The translations under genes and the position numbers were made by a program. Positions 47,384-55,329 of a DNA stretch of 64,000 nucleotides are shown here, one piece after another. Under the pieces are notes generated by a model, which saw nothing but the letters and a program-made list of their open reading frames with translations, did no database searches and had not been told where the DNA came from. Position 1 is the first letter of the stretch. Each line of letters begins with the position of its first letter. The DNA is from an uncultured Nitrospiraceae bacterium (lineage in GTDB: Bacteria > Nitrospirota > Thermodesulfovibrionia > Thermodesulfovibrionales > UBA6898): contig CAWEQH010000004.1 of NCBI GenBank assembly GCA_963811165.1, positions 160,001 to 224,000 of the forward strand, in the 5' to 3' direction.

Positions 47384-48784
47384 TTATTCCGTAGGCGGTT
47401 CTTTTTTCGCAGGGCTGCCCGGGTTCAATTTTTCCCACCGGTACCAGAAAGTCTTATAGCTCAGGCCGAGGAGCTTGGCCGCCTTGGCAACGACTCCGTT
47501 GGCCTTTGTCATCGCTTTTCTCAGGAGTCTTTCTTCGAGTTCCTCCAGATTGATCCCGTCTTCCGGAAGATCCGGATCGAAGGCCTCGGCCGGCTGGAGT
47601 GTCCTGAGTTCCCTCTTTATTTCTTTCAACCCGATGGTGTCGGTGTCGCACATGAGGACCGCCCTCTCGATGACCGATTCGAGCTGGCGAATATTTCCGG
47701 GCCAGTTGTATCCCTCAAGGGCGTTGAGCGTTGCTTCTTCGATGCCCTTTATTCTCTTGCCGAATTCGCGGTTGTATTTACCGATGAAAAAGTCCGCGAG
47801 TTCGGAGATGTCGCTCTTCCTTTGGCGCAGAGGGGGAAGCTCTATCGATACGACCCTAAGCCTGTAGTAAAGGTCTTCCCTGAAATTCCCCTTCGCCATT
47901 TCCTTTTCCAGGTCCTTGTTCGTGGCGGTGATGATCCTCACATCGATTTTTATCGCTTCTTTTCCGCCAAGCCTCCTGATCTCCTTGTCCTGAAGGACCC
48001 TGAGGAGTTTTGACTGCATCATCTGGGGCATATCCCCGATCTCGTCGAGAAAGAGGGTGCCGCCGTTTGTAGCCTCGAAGAGCCCTATCCTTCGCGCTAC
48101 CGCACCGGTAAAGGCGCCAGGCTCATAGCCGAAGAGTTCACTTTCGAAAAGGCTCTCGGGGATGGACGCGCAGTTGAGGGCGGTGAATGGTTTCGACCGT
48201 CTCGGACTGTTGTAATGGATGGCCTTCGCTACCAGCTCTTTTCCGGTACCGCTCTCGCCTCTTATCAGTACGGTGGCGGAACTGCCCGAAATCTTCTTCA
48301 TGATCTCCATCGCATCCTTCATCATGCCGGACTCGCCGACTATGCCCTCCATCCTGAACCTGTCATAAAGCTCTTTATGGAGCTGAAGATTCTCCTTCAG
48401 AAGTTCCGCGTGCCCCGCCGCCCTGGCTACGGTCATGACGCAGGGAGTCTTTGTTCAGAGGTTTTGTCAGGTAATCGAAGGCCCCTTTTTTCATTGCTTC
48501 GACCGCCGAGGAAATCGTGCCGTGGGCGGTCATGATAATCATCGTCGGTACGACCCGTCTCTCGTCGGCAGCTCCATTTTCGAGACCGTCTCTATCAGCT
48601 CTATCCCGTCCATGCCCTCCATCTTGAGGTCCGTAAGTATCACGTCGGGATAGTACTTTGCCATGACCTTAAGGGCCTCTTCTCCGGAAGAGGCGGTAAG
48701 GGCCTCATATCCTTCGTCCTCGAGAATCGTCTTCAGTATGTCTCTCTGAAGGGGTTCGTCATCTACAACGAGCACTACCGGCAT
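47384..48784 (-). pseudogene. sigma54-dependent response regulator (NtrC/AtoC family) interrupted by two compensating frameshifts
   Basis: The REC N-part (48784-~48555), a shifted middle ([38 protein letters not shown]) and the AAA+/HTH ORF ([14 protein letters not shown]) join into one full-length protein. Confidence 0.85.
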
Positions 48785-48786
48785 AC

Positions 48787-50244
48787 TTAGCCCTCCTTTT
48801 CCATCGGCAGAATCATAGTTATGGTGCTTCCCTTCCCTACCACGCTCTTAAAATCCACCTTGCCCTTATGCTCCTCGATGATACGTTTCGTGAGTGCGAG
48901 CCCGAGTCCAAGCCCCTGTCCCTTGGTCGTGAAGAAGGGGTCGAAGATTCTCCCGGCCTTTTCTTCCGATATTCCGATACCGGTGTCTTCGACTATTATG
49001 CTAAACTTTTCCCCGTTCCTTCTTGTCCTTATGGTAAGCGTGCCGCCTTCCGGCATCGCCTGAAATGCGTTCAGGACGACGTTGTAGAGGCAGGTCTTTA
49101 TGAACTCACTGTCCACAGACAGCTCCGGAAGCGCCTCGCATTCCTTCCTGATCTCTATGCCTTCCTTCTGAGCCTTTGCCATCACAAGGCCTAACACTTC
49201 ATCGATGAGCAAGCCGATGTCGGTCTTCTGGAGATTGAGTTCGAGCGGCCTGCCGTATTGAAGGAAGCTCTCGGCAAACCCGCTGACACGCTGGATCTCT
49301 TTCTTGATATTAGAGATCAGGGATTCGAAGGCGTTTCTGTCGCCTTCTGCCGGCTTGTACCGCTCCTTGATATGGTCGATCGAGAGGCTGATGAAGTTCA
49401 GAGGGTTTTTTATCTCATGCGCGATGCTCGTCGAGAATTGGCCAATTCCTGCCAGGTGCTCCGCCTTTCTGAGCCTCTCTTCGAGTTCCCGCTCCTCTCT
49501 GAGTTTCCTTAGCATGAAGTTGAAGCTCTGGGTGAGTTCCCCTATCTCATCTTTCCGTTCGGTGATGAGTTCCTGATTGAGGTCCCCTCCCGCGACCCTG
49601 CGGGCAGCCTCGACGACTTCTTCGATCGGTCCGGTGTACCTCCTCGCAAGGTAGAAGATGAAGACTATGCCGACCCCGAAGACGAGGCTCGCAGCCAGTA
49701 TCCGCTGAAAGAGCCTTTTTCTCATAAAGATCGAAAAGTCCTCGGTGTTGATCGTAAGGTGGATGTACCCATAGTGTTTCTCGCCTGCGACGACCGGTAT
49801 GATAACATTGTAGGCATGGCCTTCGCCGGTAACGGGTTCGCCCAACTGCGCCTTGAAGATGAGCTCCTTTTTCTTTGTGGTAAGCCACTTCCCCACATTC
49901 TTGGGGTTCGTGCTGGAAATGATCTTGTCTGAATTGCTGATGATCGACAGCTCTTTTACTCCCTTAGTGTTTAGTTTCTGGAGGTAGTTCTGGAGTCTCT
50001 TTTCGTCTGTTGAGCCGCTGCTTGTTACCTCTTCGACCCCGACCTGTATCGCTTTAGAGAGTTCCGCAGTCTGGCTTTCCATCTCGTTGTACATCGCCTT
50101 TTCAGTCTGCGAATAGAGCAATATGAATACGGACATAAGACTCAAGCTCAGCAGCAGCATCATCGCCACAAGCTTTTGATTAAGGGAGAGTTTGAGAAAG
50201 TAGTCTTTCACACTCTGTTTTACGGTCCGTACGCTGATCTGCAT
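48787..50244 (-). CDS. Membrane sensor histidine kinase (HAMP, HisKA, HATPase)
   Basis: Two TMs, HAMP, IAHEIKNPL, NAFQAM, DTGIG, FDPFFTTK and GLGLGL motifs. Start uncertain. Confidence 0.93.
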   Translation of the reverse strand: MQISVRTVKQSVKDYFLKLSLNQKLVAMMLLLSLSLMSVFILLYSQTEKAMYNEMESQTAELSKAIQVGVEEVTSSGSTDEKRLQNYLQKLNTKGVKELSIISNSDKIISSTNPKNVGKWLTTKKKELIFKAQLGEPVTGEGHAYNVIIPVVAGEKHYGYIHLTINTEDFSIFMRKRLFQRILAASLVFGVGIVFIFYLARRYTGPIEEVVEAARRVAGGDLNQELITERKDEIGELTQSFNFMLRKLREERELEERLRKAEHLAGIGQFSTSIAHEIKNPLNFISLSIDHIKERYKPAEGDRNAFESLISNIKKEIQRVSGFAESFLQYGRPLELNLQKTDIGLLIDEVLGLVMAKAQKEGIEIRKECEALPELSVDSEFIKTCLYNVVLNAFQAMPEGGTLTIRTRRNGEKFSIIVEDTGIGISEEKAGRIFDPFFTTKGQGLGLGLALTKRIIEEHKGKVDFKSVVGKGSTITMILPMEKEG

Positions 50245-50280
50245 AGTGATGTATTGTATATTAAACACTCGCGGTGAGGT

Positions 50281-50311
50281 CAAATAAAACCCCCGCTTGA
50301 GGCGGGGTTAT
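50281..50311 (-). terminator. Intrinsic terminator after the lipoprotein gene
   Basis: AACCCCGC/GCGGGGTT stem with a T-rich tail on the minus strand. Confidence 0.65.
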
Positions 50312-50362
50312 TGTGTCGCTGTGACGGGCGTCTTTTATAAAACGCGAAGACTTTTATCGGGG

Positions 50363-50974
50363 CTATTTTCTTTTTTTCGCCGTCTTCCTTGGCGCATTAT
50401 TTGCGGCCTTCCCCTCCTCTTGAGCCATCTCCGTCGCCTTTTCTTTTAGGACGTCGGCCTTTTCTATCGCAGTGGTATAGTCTTCGGTATCGATCAACTT
50501 CCTTATCTCCGCAAGTGATTCGTCGAGCCCCCTGATGGTATTGCTCAGGACCTCGATATCAAGTTCAACCTGTGTCGACTTCATCGCCTTTGCCAGCGAC
50601 TCCTTTGCCTCGCTTACGGACGCCTCGGCGGACGCCTCGGCGGCGATCGCCTTTTTTTTCGCCTCTTCTTTTTTCGCAGCCAGGCCCGCCTTTAAATTGT
50701 CTGCATCCGTTTTTACGGTGGCAAGCATTTCCCTGGCCTTCTTATAGTCTTTCACAAACTTGCTGTCCTCCATCTTCACCTCGGCCATTGCCGAGGCCAG
50801 GGCATCATTCACTTTCTTTGCTTCGGCAGGAGAATATTTTTCGGCGCCCTCGGCCATCGCAGAATCCACGGCCGATTTTGCGACATTGATCTCCTGGACG
50901 GGCTGTTTGGAACAAGCGGCGAGCGCATACAGGACAAAAAATCCAAACAGGAAATACCCGGTTATGCCCTTCAT
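50363..50974 (-). CDS. Alpha-helical lipoprotein (DUF4398-like)
   Basis: LAAC lipobox, AKSAVDSAMAEGAEKYSP, Ala/Lys-rich coiled coil. GGGAGG SD. Confidence 0.8.
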   Translation of the reverse strand: MKGITGYFLFGFFVLYALAACSKQPVQEINVAKSAVDSAMAEGAEKYSPAEAKKVNDALASAMAEVKMEDSKFVKDYKKAREMLATVKTDADNLKAGLAAKKEEAKKKAIAAEASAEASVSEAKESLAKAMKSTQVELDIEVLSNTIRGLDESLAEIRKLIDTEDYTTAIEKADVLKEKATEMAQEEGKAANNAPRKTAKKRK

Positions 50975-51027
50975 GTTAAAACCTCCCTTATTGAGTAGCG
51001 GCCACTTGTCCTTCGGACAGGGTCAGT

Positions 51028-51068
51028 AAAAGAATACCTCCCCAGGTCTCGGACCGGAGGAGGTATTC
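51028..51068 (-). terminator. Intrinsic terminator after the secreted protein gene
   Basis: GAATACCTCC/GGAGGTATTC stem followed by TTTT on the minus strand. Confidence 0.65.
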
Positions 51069-51092
51069 CTGACAGAACAAAAAAACTCTTGA

Positions 51093-51503
51093 TTAGTAGC
51101 CGCCAGCTGCGGGCTTCTTGGCTGCAGGCTTCTTCTCCTCTTTTGCAGGAGCTGCCTCCTTCTTCTCTTCCTTCGCAGGAGCTGCTGCCTCGGCATAATG
51201 CACAGTAACCTTGTCTCCGACCTTGACGTCCGCAAGGGCCTTCTTTGCCTTGCCGACCATGATCTTGGTCTTGTCGTCGACTGTGATCGTTGTGTCTTTC
51301 TTCCCCTTCTTCACCGTGATGGTGTTAGCCTTGGCGTCAACAGCGGCGACCTCTCCGGTCACCTGCTTCATCTTGACCTTCTCAGCCTTTGGAGCTGCCT
51401 CCTTCTTATCGGCAGGAGCCATCTTCTTCTCGGCTGCGAACGTTACTGATGTAACGGCTAGGATAAACATGATGGAAAGTACGATTGCAATTGCTTTCTT
51501 CAT
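51093..51503 (-). CDS. Secreted Lys/Ala-rich small protein with an OB-fold-like core (DUF5666-like)
   Basis: Signal peptide ending TFA; VTGEVAAVDAKANTITVK...LADVKVGDKVTVHY; repeated AAPAKEEKK; AGGAGGTG SD. Confidence 0.8.
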   Translation of the reverse strand: MKKAIAIVLSIMFILAVTSVTFAAEKKMAPADKKEAAPKAEKVKMKQVTGEVAAVDAKANTITVKKGKKDTTITVDDKTKIMVGKAKKALADVKVGDKVTVHYAEAAAPAKEEKKEAAPAKEEKKPAAKKPAAGGY

Positions 51504-51573
51504 TAGATTCACCTCCTTTCATTACTAAAGTAATACAGCAATATATTTTTTACATGGTCACATGTCATGACAT

Positions 51574-51589
51574 ATCAATATTTATGCCA
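51574..51589 (-). promoter_or_regulatory. Candidate sigma54 promoter
   Basis: TGGCAT-AAATA-TTGAT (variant -12 element). Confidence 0.5.
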
Positions 51590-51737
51590 GCAAAAAGGCA
51601 AGATAAATAGGCGGCAGGAACAACAATAATTTCTCTTTTGAGAAAATGAGTCCTTTTTTCAGGAGGAAAGCGGACGTGGAGCGTCCCTCTTGGACCCGGG
51701 ACACTACGCGCCGGGGATATTAATGTGCAGCGAGATT

Positions 51738-52541
51738 CTAAAGGATTCCAAGCTCTTCTGCGTAATTTCTGAAAAGGTCGAGCCCTTTCCTGTGATCATC
51801 CCCGAAGTCGTAGGAAATCCCCTTCCAGTATGAGACAAGCTGTTTCTCCGAGATGAAGTTTCTAAGGGGGGATGCCGCGGCGACCGAGTCCAGGTCCCTC
51901 AAGGCGGATTTCTTAGCGGCATCCAGCGCGCCCATGAAACTTTCGAGCAGCTCCCTCCTATTCCTGCAGCAGTCCCTTCTGACTATCCAGAGGGCGAATA
52001 CCGAGGGAAGTCCCGTATGCCTGTACCAAAGATCCCCTATGTCATAGATATGCAGTCCCGGCCATTTGAGGGACTCGGTGAGGGCATCATCGCCTATCAG
52101 CATGTAGGCTTCTCCGGTCCCGAGCACTTTTTCGATCGGCTCGGAGGTCGACAGAAAAGTGCATTCCGTATTGAAGAATTTTTTCAGAATAATATGCATG
52201 AGTACCACCGACGTTTCGGACTGCGAGGAAGTAAACACGGTGACATTGTCCAGCGCTTCGATCGGTCTTTTGCTGAACAGAAAGATACTCCCCACCGGCC
52301 CGCTCGAACTTATCGAGTGGCCCGGGATCAGGTCATACCTGTCCGGATTTCTCAGATATTCGATTGAAGATGACGGGCTTACGTCGATCCTGCCCTCGCG
52401 GATCTCCCTGTTCAGATAGGAAGGGACCCCTTCGATGAACTCGTATGCCGAGCAGTCCGCTTCTTTATCGAGCATATAAAATATCGGGAAGAGGTTTGAG
52501 TAGGAGAACCTGCCTATTCTCAGTTTTTGCATGGACTTCAT
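51738..52541 (-). CDS. mqnA: Chorismate dehydratase (futalosine menaquinone pathway)
   Basis: IGRFSYSNLFP, GVPSYLN, SSSIEY, GPVGSI, SETSV, IGDDAL, DIGDLW and TGLPSVFALW motifs. Confidence 0.88.
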   Translation of the reverse strand: MKSMQKLRIGRFSYSNLFPIFYMLDKEADCSAYEFIEGVPSYLNREIREGRIDVSPSSSIEYLRNPDRYDLIPGHSISSSGPVGSIFLFSKRPIEALDNVTVFTSSQSETSVVLMHIILKKFFNTECTFLSTSEPIEKVLGTGEAYMLIGDDALTESLKWPGLHIYDIGDLWYRHTGLPSVFALWIVRRDCCRNRRELLESFMGALDAAKKSALRDLDSVAAASPLRNFISEKQLVSYWKGISYDFGDDHRKGLDLFRNYAEELGIL

Positions 52542-53986
52542 CCTTTCACCACACCCATTGGTCTCAGGCGTGCGACCTTCTTCGATATACCTGCCCTCTG
52601 GACCACGTCTACCACCGCAGTGATGTCTTTGTAAGCGTCGCTCATCTCCTCTGCAAGGGTCTCCCTTCCGGCAGACCTCACGAGGATGCCTTTTTCCTCA
52701 AGCTCCCGCCAGATCTTCCGGCCCCTGGCAAGCCTGATCGCCTGGTGCCGGGAGAGGACCCTCCCTGCTCCATGACAGGTAGAGCCGAAGGTTTCCTGCA
52801 TCGCCTTTTCAGTACCCAAAAGCACAAAGGACGCCCTGCCCATGTCCCCCGGGATGAGGACGGGCTGTCCAAGATGTCTGTAGATATCGGGCAGTTCGGG
52901 ATGTCCGGGCGGGAACGCGCGGGTCGCACCTTTCCTGTGGACGACCAGCTTTCTTTTTTCTCCATGAACGATATGGTCTTCAACCTTGGCGATGTTATGG
53001 GCGACGTCGTAAACCAGGCTCATCCCCAGACCACGGGGAGATGAGCCCAAGACGCTCATGAAGGCCTCCCTCGTCCAGTGCATGATGCATTGTCTGTTTG
53101 CCCAGGCGTAATTTGCCGCGGCCCTCATTGCGGCAAGGTAATCCTGGGCTTCCCGACTCTGAAACGGTGCGCAGGCGAGTTCCCTGTCGTAGAGTTCGAT
53201 CCCGTATTTGACGGCGGCACGCCCCATCACCTCTAAAAAATCAGTGCATACCTGGTGCCCGAATCCCCTTGAACCGGTATGGATCATCACCGTCACCTGG
53301 TCCCTGAAGAGTCCAAGGCCGTTTGCCGCCTGTTCATCGTATATCTCATCGACATACTGGACCTCCAGGAAGTGGTTGCCTGAGCCGAGCGTCCCCTGCT
53401 GGGACCTGCCCCGGTCGTATGCCTTGCTGCTGATGAGGGAAGGGTCGGCACCTTCGATCCTGCCCCCTGACTCCGTCCTCTCTATGTCGGCCGGATCGCC
53501 CATGCCTTTTTCGACTGCCCAGGCTGCGCCTTTTACCAGTATCTGCTTTTCGTCGTCCGGGCCGAGGCGTAACTTCCCTTTTGATCCTACCCCTGAGGGG
53601 ACCTCACGATAGAGGACATCCACAAGGTCTTTCATCCTCGGGAAGACCTCATCTTTTTTGAGATTGCTTCTGAGGAGCCTTACGCCGCAGTTTATGTCGT
53701 ACCCCACACCTCCGGGAGATATGATCCCTTCTTTGAGATCGAAGGCTGCCACCCCCCCGATGGGGAACCCGTATCCGTTATGAATATCAGGCATCGCCGT
53801 TGAGCATTTCACGATGCCGGGGAGCGTGGCGACGTTGGCGACCTGATCGATCGCCTGCGGTTCGAGTTCCTTTTCCAAAACGGTGTCGACATAGACTATT
53901 CCCGGTACCCTCATGCCTTTTTTGTAATCAACGGGCACCAGGAGCCTGGTTTCATCGATCCTTTTGAGCGTATTGAGCGTCATCAA
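52538..53986 (-). CDS. rtcB: RNA-splicing/repair ligase RtcB
   Basis: MPDIHNGYGFPIGG, DINCGV, GNHF, HTGSRG, HNI, HRKGA and HGAGR motifs. Confidence 0.96.
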   Translation of the reverse strand: MMTLNTLKRIDETRLLVPVDYKKGMRVPGIVYVDTVLEKELEPQAIDQVANVATLPGIVKCSTAMPDIHNGYGFPIGGVAAFDLKEGIISPGGVGYDINCGVRLLRSNLKKDEVFPRMKDLVDVLYREVPSGVGSKGKLRLGPDDEKQILVKGAAWAVEKGMGDPADIERTESGGRIEGADPSLISSKAYDRGRSQQGTLGSGNHFLEVQYVDEIYDEQAANGLGLFRDQVTVMIHTGSRGFGHQVCTDFLEVMGRAAVKYGIELYDRELACAPFQSREAQDYLAAMRAAANYAWANRQCIMHWTREAFMSVLGSSPRGLGMSLVYDVAHNIAKVEDHIVHGEKRKLVVHRKGATRAFPPGHPELPDIYRHLGQPVLIPGDMGRASFVLLGTEKAMQETFGSTCHGAGRVLSRHQAIRLARGRKIWRELEEKGILVRSAGRETLAEEMSDAYKDITAVVDVVQRAGISKKVARLRPMGVVKG

Positions 53987-54025
53987 TTCTCCTGTCCTTT
54001 ATTATACCCGACTCCGTGCGCCTTA

Positions 54026-54472
54026 TCAGATGTCGAAGATGATTTCAGCGCTCCAGCGGCCGCCCTCATTCTCAATCTTCAGCCTGTGATACGTTGCCGC
54101 TTTCAGCAGCAACTTGCCCTGATGTCTGGCCGGGTCGAAATGCTCCCCTGAAAGCGAGGCCCTCAGGGAATATGCGGGTCCTCTTTCCGTGAAATCATCC
54201 TCGGAAAGAAATTCAGTGATTACGATTTCTTTCCCTATGAAACCGTGGGCGTCAAACCGGAAGATAAGCTCGTTAAGCCAGGATACGAGAAGCCCTTCCG
54301 GTGAATCATGTGCCAAAGAGATATCGATCGTTTCGGTCTTTCCGACGTTCCCCGTGTCCGTCATCAGATCGTACATACCGCGGGCCGCATTGACGAAGAG
54401 CTCTTGGGCAGTATCACCGAAGGCCCTTATGCCGGCGTCGCCTGAGATATCGAGAAACTCATAGGGTCCCAT
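54026..54472 (-). CDS. Archease
   Basis: YEFLDISGDAGI, LLVSWLNELIF, KAATYH and IIFDI motifs. Adjacent to rtcB. Confidence 0.9.
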   Translation of the reverse strand: MGPYEFLDISGDAGIRAFGDTAQELFVNAARGMYDLMTDTGNVGKTETIDISLAHDSPEGLLVSWLNELIFRFDAHGFIGKEIVITEFLSEDDFTERGPAYSLRASLSGEHFDPARHQGKLLLKAATYHRLKIENEGGRWSAEIIFDI

Positions 54473-54558
54473 CACTTTTTAGAGTAGCATCATCGGATAT
54501 CACGGTCAACCAGGCCGGCCGGAACCCATCAGCGAAAATATATGTATGAGGACGCGAT

Positions 54559-54597
54559 TGTGGCCGGTCCTCTGTGGCCGGTCTGTGGCCGGTCCTC
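54559..54597. repeat. Three tandem TGTGGCCGGTC repeats
   Basis: Copies at 54559, 54573 and 54584, directly abutting a TTGACA -35 box. Confidence 0.8.
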
Positions 54598-54625
54598 TTG
54601 ACATCACATTGTTATTTGATAGCAT
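54598..54625 (+). promoter_or_regulatory. sigma70 promoter
   Basis: TTGACA-N16-TAGCAT with an extended TGn. Confidence 0.55.
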
Positions 54626-54660
54626 AGAATCAGACCTTTGTGCATGAAGGAGGTGAGAGA

Positions 54661-54675
54661 ATGGGTGTTACGTAA
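54661..54675 (+). other. 4-codon upstream minigene (MGVT*)
   Basis: AAGGAGGTGA SD a few nt before ATG GGT GTT ACG TAA. Confidence 0.45.
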
Positions 54676-54744
54676 ACTAGAGGCAGACTCGCGGGAGTTT
54701 TTATAAAGGGAAAGAAAATAAAATGATTACAAGGAGGTCTCACC

Positions 54745-55221
54745 ATGGCAGAAAGAGCGCCGGCTAAGAAAAAAAAGATCGCTACATCCAGAAGAAAACC
54801 AGCGGAACTCTCCAGGGAGTTTTTGGCGACCATCAAGGAATGGCAGCGTCTGGAGGACGAGACGATCAGGTTCTCGGAAGAGCTGCTGAAAAAGACCAGT
54901 AACCGTCTCATAAAAATGACGATGGAAATGATCAAGAGCGACTCTCAGAAACACAAGGTTATGCAACAGATGCTCATAGACAGTGTCACGAAGGAGCCCT
55001 TTGTCCTTAGCCCGGACGACCTCAACGCCCTCGGGTCCGGACTGAACAAGCATATCACGGCGGAGGCCACGTCTTTACAGCTGGCGGAAGAGGCCCTCGA
55101 AAAAAGCGAACTCTTCGTGACCCGCTATGTGCTTTCCTATCTTATCGCAGATGAGCATAAGCATCATACCCTGCTCTCGAGGCTCGAGGACCTCAAGAGG
55201 GCGACGGTTTTCGTTACGTAG
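54745..55221 (+). CDS. Ferritin-like four-helix-bundle protein with a basic N-terminal tail
   Basis: Duplicated E...D/ExxH pattern (LEDET...DSQKH; AEAT...DEHKHH). AAGGAGGT SD. Confidence 0.75.
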   Translation: MAERAPAKKKKIATSRRKPAELSREFLATIKEWQRLEDETIRFSEELLKKTSNRLIKMTMEMIKSDSQKHKVMQQMLIDSVTKEPFVLSPDDLNALGSGLNKHITAEATSLQLAEEALEKSELFVTRYVLSYLIADEHKHHTLLSRLEDLKRATVFVT

Positions 55222-55237
55222 AATCCGTCATCCGTTT

Positions 55238-55285
55238 CCGGCAGGTGCGGCACGACTTCGTTTCGCCTCCTGCCGGGTTTTTTTT
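55238..55285 (+). terminator. Intrinsic terminator
   Basis: CCGGCAGG/CCTGCCGG stem followed by T8. Confidence 0.7.
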
Positions 55286-55329
55286 GTATGCCGGCAGAGA
55301 GGATTTGAGGGTACCGGGATGTCAGTCAT

